Below, piece after piece: positions 29,109-36,587 of a stretch of DNA of 64,000 nucleotides (its first letter is position 1; every line of letters starts with the position of its first letter). The translations under genes were made by a program, and so were the position numbers. The notes under the pieces were generated by a model. It made no database searches. It saw only the letters and a program-made list of their open reading frames with translations, and was not told the origin of the DNA. The DNA is from a virus. Lineage: Duplodnaviria; Caudoviricetes. The DNA lies in IMG/VR virus record IMGVR_UViG_3300006204_000010, positions 312-64,311 of that record. One strand, written 5' to 3'.

Positions 29109-29217
29109 CTTATTTCCTCCTCATACCATTAATATACGCATATGATACGCATATGTCAAGGATATGCCGAAAAATCAAAATTATTTTCTATTTATTTACT
29201 CGCATACAGACATTCCA

Positions 29218-29637
29218 TCACTGCCTTTCCTTATTCAAAATCCAGAAAAACCGTCTGTACCGGTCATAATAAGTATCTTTGCCACATGGAATTTCTAATC
29301 TAGCTTTCAAATGCTCATAAGAAACGCCATTTGTGACTCCCTCTAAAATATAATCTGACAATTCCTCGTCTGTATCCATGGCAGCCCGTTCTACCATATC
29401 CATTCTCTCCGAATAAAAAGCTTTCGCTATCGCGCATTTTGCCGTCGGATCGTTACAAACGTTAGTAACAGAAAAACCTTCCATATCATCAGGCCGTTTA
29501 CTAAACCCGTCCAATGCGGCATAAGCTTTCTTCCAAATTGGATACTGCAAACAAAAATGTTTCAATTCGTAATACCGATGCCGTTCGATCCAATATTTGT
29601 TCTTTTTCGACAATTCTGAACGTACTTTTACACTCAT
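29218..29637 (-). CDS. Phage transcriptional regulator-like protein (RinA/ArpU-like C-terminal HTH)
   Basis: YYELKHFCLQY...GVSYEHL...CGKDTYYDRYRRFFW. Confidence 0.45.
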   Translation of the reverse strand: MSVKVRSELSKKNKYWIERHRYYELKHFCLQYPIWKKAYAALDGFSKRPDDMEGFSVTNVCNDPTAKCAIAKAFYSERMDMVERAAMDTDEELSDYILEGVTNGVSYEHLKARLEIPCGKDTYYDRYRRFFWILNKERQ

Positions 29638-29761
29638 GTTTTCTCCTTTCGCAAATATCACATAATTGGGCGGCCACCGATTCTATTCTAGATTAGAAAT
29701 TAAGATCTGTAAAAACAAAGTCAGTGAAAATCGACGCAAAAAAAGAGCTGTGATTTTCATC

Positions 29762-29950
29762 TCAGCCCTCAAAACTTCCATATCCTCCATTCGGACACCA
29801 TTCTCTACATTTTGGATATGTAGAAAATCCACAAACTACGCATAAATTGCAATGCCGTTTTCCTTCCTCCGGATATTCACGATACTCCACATGATGCTTA
29901 AACTCCTCATCTGGATTATCCGGCAATTCATACACGTCAAATTTAATCAT
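29762..29950 (-). CDS. Small Cys-containing protein
   Basis: HCNLCVVC...C..WC; SD present. Confidence 0.5.
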   Translation of the reverse strand: MIKFDVYELPDNPDEEFKHHVEYREYPEEGKRHCNLCVVCGFSTYPKCREWCPNGGYGSFEG

Positions 29951-30046
29951 TTACGCCATTTCCCCTTTCTCTTATTTACTTTATCATATCAATCCAAAAA
30001 CTTAAAGGGTATGTTTCACCCCTTTAAGCATTACAGATAAGTATTC

Positions 30047-30238
30047 TTATGAAATAAGTATCCGGTACTTTTCCTGAAGCTCGCATATTTTCTGCTCGTC
30101 AGCATCTACTATAATTACATACTCAATTTTCTTCTTTATGTTTTCACTTACACTAACAGAAAATCCCATATGTTCAGCATATAGCAATTTTAAGCATAAA
30201 TCTAACTGCTTCGGGTTTTTAGCCCTAAACTCTTTCAT
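30047..30238 (-). CDS. Small hypothetical protein
   Basis: GAAGGAGGTG SD before MKEFRA. Confidence 0.55.
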   Translation of the reverse strand: MKEFRAKNPKQLDLCLKLLYAEHMGFSVSVSENIKKKIEYVIIVDADEQKICELQEKYRILIS

Positions 30239-30254
30239 AATTTTCACCTCCTTC

Positions 30255-30280
30255 CATAACAGGAGTTGTATTTCACGCGT
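30255..30280 (-). promoter_or_regulatory. Phage promoter-like motif (class I)
   Basis: ACGCGTGAAATACA-ACTCCTG-TTATG followed by an SD. Confidence 0.6.
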
Positions 30281-30573
30281 TACTGATCCATACTTTTCTT
30301 CCACCTTTGCATAGTCCCTTCACAAGGATAGTCTTCATATCCTGCCGTCTCTGGCGTGATTATCCCTTCTATAACCCCATGGATAACCTCCGCTTCATAT
30401 TGTTTATATGGAAGGACAAAATCCGGCAATTCCCTATGTATTGTATTACAACAATGACACCGCATCCTCCGTATTGTGATCTGGCTTGTTTCCCGTCCTT
30501 TTGTCCGTAATATTCTTTTGACATAATCATACAATTTCAATTCCCCACCACATTTTGAACAGACGACCCCCAT
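30280..30573 (-). CDS. DUF6431-like zinc-ribbon protein
   Basis: CSKCGG...RRMRCHCC..IHRELPDFVLPYKQY. Confidence 0.6.
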   Translation of the reverse strand: MGVVCSKCGGELKLYDYVKRILRTKGRETSQITIRRMRCHCCNTIHRELPDFVLPYKQYEAEVIHGVIEGIITPETAGYEDYPCEGTMQRWKKSMDQ

Positions 30574-30634
30574 ATACCCCCACCATAATTAAGAAAAAAT
30601 AAGACAACTTGTTTTTCCTGTGATAATTATGTCT

Positions 30635-30766
30635 ATTTTATCATTCGATACTTATCCGCTCAATGAACGAATTGCATTAACATGCACGATACGGGGATTT
30701 TATCATTCGATACTTATCCGCTCAATGAACGAATTGCATTAGCGTGCACGATACGGGGATTTTATC
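30635..30766. repeat. 62-bp tandem direct repeat (2 copies plus 8 bp)
   Basis: attttatcattcgatacttatccgctcaatgaacgaattgcatta(a/g)c(a/g)tgcacgatacgggg at 30635 and 30697. Confidence 0.95.
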
Positions 30767-30816
30767 TGTCTACTATTTCTATATGCCTCATGTGTGGCAT
30801 TTCGATATAGTAGACG

Positions 30817-32400
30817 CTAATCCGCATAGGGATTGTGGAATTTGTAGTAAATGGTAATGGAATTATCGGCTTCAATTTCGATTTTGTCGATCAGTTCCAA
30901 CACGACTTCCCTTGTCAGCTTTTCTATATGGATATAATTCCGAAACGCCTCTGTCCATTCGTCGTACTGGGCGTTTAGCTCCTGCTGTATGTCAGATTTA
31001 TTCTGGATTTTTTCCTGTTTGGCTTGCAGTTCTTTTATTTCAGATTCGTACTCTGACGTATACTTGACATATTCTTCTCTTGAAATCAAATCTTCCATAT
31101 AGTTGTCGTATGTTTTCCGTTTGAATTTCTCTAACTTATTTAGGCGTTTTTGCATATTTTCCGCCTGCATCTCATAATAAGTCTGCTTTTCCCGGCATAC
31201 GTTCAGCTTCCCAAGTTCGTCAATGTCTGTCGGGCTTAAGATTTTTTGGGCTTCGCATTGAATCGAATGCAATACCGTTTCTTCTAAAATGTCGATGTCA
31301 ATGCTGTGGCTGGCGCAGAACTTTTTCCCCTGTGTTTTATAAGTTTTGCAAATATAACCGATAAAACCGCCGTTTTGGCGCCTTGCATATTTACGCAGCA
31401 TAGAGTGTTTACAGTCGGCGCAATAAAGCAGGCCTGAAAATATGCCGTTTTCTTTCATAGATCCAACGCTTCTCGTCCTTGTTTTTTGGAGTTTCTGCGC
31501 CAGTTCAAATGTTTCCTGTTCGATGATGGGCGCGTGGGCGTCTTTTACGACAATCCATTCTTCTTTTGGAAGGCGTTTTTTCTTTTTGTCTTTGTAAGAC
31601 AGCGTATTCATTTTATTTTGGATTAACTGCCCTGTATACGTTTCATTATTTAATATCGTATGTATCGTCTGGTACGACCATGTTTTCGTCGTGTCTAACG
31701 CCTTTGCGTTGTGGTAGTTTTCCCCTAATATTTCCCGTTTGTATAACGTTGGGATTAATATGCCGTCGGAAGACAGGATCGAGCCTATTTTCGCTTTTCC
31801 ATATCCCGACAAATATAATTGGAAAATCCTTTGCACCACTTTTGCGGCATACTCGTCTACAACAAGATGGTTATGGTTTTTGGGGTCTTTTCTGTATCCA
31901 TACGGACAGGAAGAACCCAGAAATTCCCCGTTTTTCATCTTCGCCCGAAAAGAACTGCGGATATTTTTGGATAAATCCTCGCAGTACCATTCATTGACAA
32001 GCCCGTTTATCTGGCGGCTTTTCTTGTTGTCTTCGTTGTCTGTGTCAACGCCGTCCACTACGCCGATAAAACGAACGCCAAGGTTTGGCAGGTCGTGATG
32101 TAAGTATTTTTCGATATGCTCCATATTTCTGGAAAATCTGGACTGGGTTTTTGCTATAATAATGTCAAATTCCCCAAGCTTTGCGTCGAGCATCATTTTT
32201 TCGAACTCCGGGCGGTCGTCATACAAACCGCTTTCGTCGTCGTCGGAATAAACGTTTATAATTTTAAACTTATGGGCTAATGCGTAATCTGTTAGTAAAA
32301 GCCGCTGGTTCCGAATGCTTGCGCTGTCGTCTCCTTTGCTTAATTTATCCGCGTCTTCTTTGCTTAGTCTAAGATATAATACAGCACGATTTTTTATCAT
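30817..32400 (-). CDS. Large serine recombinase (integrase)
   Basis: AVLYLRLS catalytic Ser, DRPEF..SRFSRN, recombinase domain, zinc ribbon CADC..CKTY..C, coiled coil. Confidence 0.9.
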   Translation of the reverse strand: MIKNRAVLYLRLSKEDADKLSKGDDSASIRNQRLLLTDYALAHKFKIINVYSDDDESGLYDDRPEFEKMMLDAKLGEFDIIIAKTQSRFSRNMEHIEKYLHHDLPNLGVRFIGVVDGVDTDNEDNKKSRQINGLVNEWYCEDLSKNIRSSFRAKMKNGEFLGSSCPYGYRKDPKNHNHLVVDEYAAKVVQRIFQLYLSGYGKAKIGSILSSDGILIPTLYKREILGENYHNAKALDTTKTWSYQTIHTILNNETYTGQLIQNKMNTLSYKDKKKKRLPKEEWIVVKDAHAPIIEQETFELAQKLQKTRTRSVGSMKENGIFSGLLYCADCKHSMLRKYARRQNGGFIGYICKTYKTQGKKFCASHSIDIDILEETVLHSIQCEAQKILSPTDIDELGKLNVCREKQTYYEMQAENMQKRLNKLEKFKRKTYDNYMEDLISREEYVKYTSEYESEIKELQAKQEKIQNKSDIQQELNAQYDEWTEAFRNYIHIEKLTREVVLELIDKIEIEADNSITIYYKFHNPYAD

Positions 32401-32430
32401 GTGATTTCGCTCCAATCGTATTTATTATAT

Positions 32431-32472
32431 CCCCGTATCATGCGCGCTTCTTATAGTATACATGATACGAGG
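32431..32472. repeat. Inverted repeat upstream of the integrase (candidate attP)
   Basis: ccccgtatcatg-18 nt-catgatacgagg (11/12 complementary). Confidence 0.5.
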
Positions 32473-32693
32473 CTGGTTTTCTATTGTTTTTTGCGTTTTA
32501 ATATTACATTTTTCATGCAGTCGACTAATTTTTTATCTCCATAAACTACATTTACTTTTCTCTTTTTTGTATCTTTTTCCATATGCCGCCTCTGCTTTCC
32601 TGCTTATTCCATTTTATTCCAATCGGGTTTTGCTTATTCAAAAAATTGCACAAAAAAAAGAGCGCCACCGTGACGCTCTTTGCATGTAAAATA

Positions 32694-32900
32694 TCATTCT
32701 GTCTGTTTATCATACTTGGATTTGCTGATTCCAAGAATGACCCCTAAAAAGGTATCGAATGCTGTAATTGTCCCTACGATCTGTTCGCCGTAAGGCAGCC
32801 CCCAGATTCCGGCAAGGGCAAAATATAATGTCCCGACTGCGGGGAATACATACATTGCCAGCCATTTTAAAAAATCGTATGTTTTATTGTTCAAATTCAT
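32694..32900 (-). CDS. Holin (Dp-1/LL-H-like)
   Basis: NKTYDFLKWLAMYVFPAVGTLY...GEQIVGTITAFDTFLGVILGIS. Confidence 0.85.
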   Translation of the reverse strand: MNLNNKTYDFLKWLAMYVFPAVGTLYFALAGIWGLPYGEQIVGTITAFDTFLGVILGISKSKYDKQTE

Positions 32901-32910
32901 AAAAACCTCC

Positions 32911-33219
32911 TTATATTCCTATATACCTGAATATAAACCCAAGGACGATCCCAAGTACCGTTGTTATAATGTATCCCGTTACCTGACGCCATTTTTCACC
33001 GTCCCTGCTTTCCAGTATTTCCAGACGTTTTCCTTGCTGCTCCTGTTCTTTTACCATGCTTTCCATACTGAGAGCTAATTTTTCGACAGAAGTCGTCAGC
33101 GCCCCTATTTGTCTGACGGTTTCTTCTACCAAATCAATACGCTTGTTCTGCCGGCGGTTTTCTGCATCAATTAATTCTTTAAATGCTTCATGCTCTGCCC
33201 GAGAAATGGTTTCGTCCAT
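32911..33219 (-). CDS. Hemolysin XhlA-like/holin-associated coiled-coil protein
   Basis: Coiled coil plus C-terminal TM, directly upstream of the holin. Confidence 0.55.
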   Translation of the reverse strand: MDETISRAEHEAFKELIDAENRRQNKRIDLVEETVRQIGALTTSVEKLALSMESMVKEQEQQGKRLEILESRDGEKWRQVTGYIITTVLGIVLGFIFRYIGI

Positions 33220-33239
33220 GTTTTCCTCCTCTTTTTCCG

Positions 33240-34472
33240 CTATTCATTTTGCGATTCATTCGAACCATATTTTTGCAATACCTCTGTTCCAGTGTCTAAA
33301 TATTTCATATCAGGGTTTAATTCAAAAAATTCTGAATATTTCCGTTTTGCATGTGGGACTACGGTCCCCCTGCTGATTTTCTTTAACCACTCTTCATACG
33401 AACGCGTATAGTAATGGTTTAACTGAAAAAAATCGTCCGCTTTTGATTTTTCACCGAATAAAACTGCGGCATCTAATCTTATATACGGACGATAATTTGC
33501 AAAATCCTTTGTTCTGTTTGAATGTGCGAAAAACTTTCCATGCCCTTTGCCATAATGCCAGTCGGTCTCCGTTGTAAACCTTTCCATATCTGTTCCACTG
33601 GTCTTTTTTTCCTGACCATTTGCATTGAAATGATGCCAGATACATTCGATCGCTGCGTATTGTTCATTTTCTTCCAGAAAGTCTCTTAGTGTTTTTGTTT
33701 TATCCTTAATAAAAACATATTCGTCTGGATCAGCGGCAAAATACCATTTGGTTTCCTTGCTAAAATGTTTTAAAAAATGCACATGAATATCATGCTGTGT
33801 GTTTTCGGACGTCTCCCAGTCTACGAATGTGATTTTATCCAGATGTTGAAATCCTGTGTCTTCCAAATATCGTTTTGCGGGTATGGAGGATTCGTTGTCG
33901 TATAGGTAGAAATGCTCAAATCCGAGTTCTTCTATATGGTAGCGTATCCATTCTTCTATGTAGTCGTTTTCATCTCTTATCACAGTGACCATGGAAAGAA
34001 AATACTTATAGGCAATGTCTTTTTCTTCCTCTTTAAACATAGAATATATCTTTGCCGCCGCCAGTTCTTTTTCCTTATCATGAAATGCCGCTTTTTCTTT
34101 TTCTATATTTTCCGCCTGTTTGCGGTTCTGTATGGAAATCTCAGATGCTTCTTCCACTGTCATTCCCGACAAAATATTGTCCATAAAAATTTTATGCTCC
34201 TCATCTACTTTTTTATGGGCTTTTTCGTATTCATCATTGATTGATTTTAATTGGATATAATGAGCATCTGGTTCGGTTTTTTCTGTAATTTTTCCATCAA
34301 TATAATATAGGTTATCGTATAGGTTGAGATTTACCAGCCTGCTCAATTCGCTGTCTTCTGCCAAAACAGTGTCTATGTCAGGATTTTGGGGCACGATTGT
34401 GTTGTATCCAACGATTTTATCAGTTGCATAATCTATGATTAATTGAATCAATTTGTTCACCTTCTTTCCCAA
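33240..34472 (-). CDS. Glycosyltransferase family 92/GT2-like protein with N-terminal extension
   Basis: SMVTVIRDENDYIEEWIRYH...FEHFYLYDNES...AADPDEY (DxD)...LNHYYTRS. Confidence 0.75.
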   Translation of the reverse strand: MGKKVNKLIQLIIDYATDKIVGYNTIVPQNPDIDTVLAEDSELSRLVNLNLYDNLYYIDGKITEKTEPDAHYIQLKSINDEYEKAHKKVDEEHKIFMDNILSGMTVEEASEISIQNRKQAENIEKEKAAFHDKEKELAAAKIYSMFKEEEKDIAYKYFLSMVTVIRDENDYIEEWIRYHIEELGFEHFYLYDNESSIPAKRYLEDTGFQHLDKITFVDWETSENTQHDIHVHFLKHFSKETKWYFAADPDEYVFIKDKTKTLRDFLEENEQYAAIECIWHHFNANGQEKKTSGTDMERFTTETDWHYGKGHGKFFAHSNRTKDFANYRPYIRLDAAVLFGEKSKADDFFQLNHYYTRSYEEWLKKISRGTVVPHAKRKYSEFFELNPDMKYLDTGTEVLQKYGSNESQNE

Positions 34473-34477
34473 ATTAT

Positions 34478-35014
34478 TTATAGTAATTCAACACGCATTA
34501 GATTCAACTTGTTAGGATTTTCCATATGAATATTTAGAATTGGATAATTTGAAAAACAGTCGCCTGCCATTAATAAAACATTAATACATCCATAAGAAGT
34601 TAATTTGTCATTGTTATAATCTCGTGGATAAATAATTATATTACAACCAACAATACTATCGCATACCCGCCCCCACTCATGCTGTCCACACCATACAAAG
34701 TCCACGTATTGTTGTGTTAAAACTGGAATATAGCAGTCTTGATGAAACAAACTATAATCGCGATGTCCAACAATCCTAATTTTAAAAAATTGTGACTGGG
34801 CATAGCCGGAATAATCATGATCATATATACAAGTTGTAATATATTTACGTGGTCCATAATAAGAATAGTTTAGATGAGAATATAAATCAAAACTAATCGA
34901 TCCAGATGAAAGCTCCCCGTCATATAAAACAATCGGCTTCCTCTCATATTCGTCTCCTGCGCCGCTTCCTCCACTGCCTCCATACTTCACGCCATTTAGC
35001 ATAATAATTCCCAT
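34478..35014 (-). CDS. Tail-tip associated protein
   Basis: MGIIMLNGVKYGGSGG N-terminus typical of genes following tail fibres; AT-rich. Confidence 0.5.
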   Translation of the reverse strand: MGIIMLNGVKYGGSGGSGAGDEYERKPIVLYDGELSSGSISFDLYSHLNYSYYGPRKYITTCIYDHDYSGYAQSQFFKIRIVGHRDYSLFHQDCYIPVLTQQYVDFVWCGQHEWGRVCDSIVGCNIIIYPRDYNNDKLTSYGCINVLLMAGDCFSNYPILNIHMENPNKLNLMRVELL

Positions 35015-35035
35015 AAATATAATCCCTCCTGTCTT

Positions 35036-36580
35036 TTAAGTTCCATCTGTAATAAAATAAACTGTCCCATTCAGCTTATCTGAAGAAGATAACGCGTTGT
35101 ACTGCGACTGTGTAAGCGCTCTTGCTGGAAACGCTTCTGAGAATCCCCCTATGATTCTCCACGCTCCAGCATAATATACCATGTCTATTCCGCATTCAGT
35201 CTGAATAAAATTAGCAGGCGCCGGATTACTTTTATAGAAAACCGGTTTTGCCCCAGTTCCTCCTACATTTAAAGTAATGTTTTCAGCCGTGTTTCCCCAA
35301 GTAAAATATACAGTAATCCTAATTCCTTCGTTTAACTGGAACCCTGATGCGTCCACTATCTTTGCTACATCGGCTTTTTTGCTTCCACATACCCCAAACC
35401 ATACTCCGTCCCAAGGAACATTTACATACATTTTTTCATTACTGAGTTGCACAGGATAATTCTTACCGTTTTGAGAATATCCAGTTTTCATTCCGCCACG
35501 CACAGTTGAAGATGCCAAGGGCAGAGAATAATTATTAGCATTCGCGGCGATGCCGCTTAATTTATTTTTTTCAGTTGTTGTATAATCATTCGTGGATAAT
35601 CCTTTACCTGAAACTTTATCCACCTTATTTCCCAAAGCTCCCGTAACTATTTTATTTTGAACAGGATTTACAGATGAACTAGAAAGAGCAGGATCTACTT
35701 TCACCAAACCCTTTACAGTCGCGCTTGCATCCGGAATCTCATCATCATCATCTGTAATATGATAGTATATGCCATTCATTTTTTCAGCATTAGAAAGCGC
35801 ATCGTATTCCGATTTTGAAAGTTCCTTTCTCCATGTTCCAGTTAATACTTCCCATTTATTAGCAGATGTCCAATAAACTCTCGTTCGTGGAGGATAAGAA
35901 AAACCTGCGCCGCTTCTGAATCTCGTATCCGTCACAAATGATTCAGTTATAGTATACATATGCCCTGCAACATTTCCATTAACCGGAAGCCTTGAGAATG
36001 CCACTTCCCCCTTTGGCAATAACGATCCCTTCCATGCGTCCGAATAATCTTTAGACCTTTCACTATAATACTTTGCATTATCTGTATTTTCTCCGTCGCG
36101 TATTCCAGTATTTCCTTTTGCATAAGATTCTGCTTCTTTCGCATACTGCATGACTGTCTTATACTCATCGGAAGATACTAACGTGTCATTCGAAACAGGG
36201 TTTCGGTCTATCACAATACCTATAGAACTAGTCGATGCGATAGAACCATTCGTATAAATTTCTACTACAGGACTGCTCTCTCCCGCAAACACTGCCATTT
36301 GCTGCGTAACGGCAAAATATACCGTATGTCGGGTAGAATCACATCCTAAAGCCGGATTATACACATGTTTCCCGTCTGGTTTTACCATACGGATATTTGC
36401 ATCTGAATTAGACGGTATGGTATACGGCTGTCCGTCGCTATATAACTTAACTGCCAGAATCGGCAAATTGTCATCACACTGAACAATATGTACAGGTCTT
36501 CCAATTTGCCTAGATACGAAATCCGCATAAGTATAATGTACAATTTTATAACAAGGCGGTGAATAATCAGGTACACTCAT
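35036..36580 (-). CDS. BppU-like upper baseplate/tail fibre protein
   Basis: N-terminal QCDDNLPILAVKL..RMVKPDG; repeated L(S/T)xSxYxALS..xKxNG..YxITD. Confidence 0.65.
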   Translation of the reverse strand: MSVPDYSPPCYKIVHYTYADFVSRQIGRPVHIVQCDDNLPILAVKLYSDGQPYTIPSNSDANIRMVKPDGKHVYNPALGCDSTRHTVYFAVTQQMAVFAGESSPVVEIYTNGSIASTSSIGIVIDRNPVSNDTLVSSDEYKTVMQYAKEAESYAKGNTGIRDGENTDNAKYYSERSKDYSDAWKGSLLPKGEVAFSRLPVNGNVAGHMYTITESFVTDTRFRSGAGFSYPPRTRVYWTSANKWEVLTGTWRKELSKSEYDALSNAEKMNGIYYHITDDDDEIPDASATVKGLVKVDPALSSSSVNPVQNKIVTGALGNKVDKVSGKGLSTNDYTTTEKNKLSGIAANANNYSLPLASSTVRGGMKTGYSQNGKNYPVQLSNEKMYVNVPWDGVWFGVCGSKKADVAKIVDASGFQLNEGIRITVYFTWGNTAENITLNVGGTGAKPVFYKSNPAPANFIQTECGIDMVYYAGAWRIIGGFSEAFPARALTQSQYNALSSSDKLNGTVYFITDGT

Positions 36581-36587
36581 AAAAATA

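Noticed and set aside
30635-30766. Possible CRISPR array
   Set aside because: Units are contiguous 62-bp duplicates with no unique spacers, and no cas genes are present; the Cas4-like nuclease at 2744 is a common phage exonuclease.
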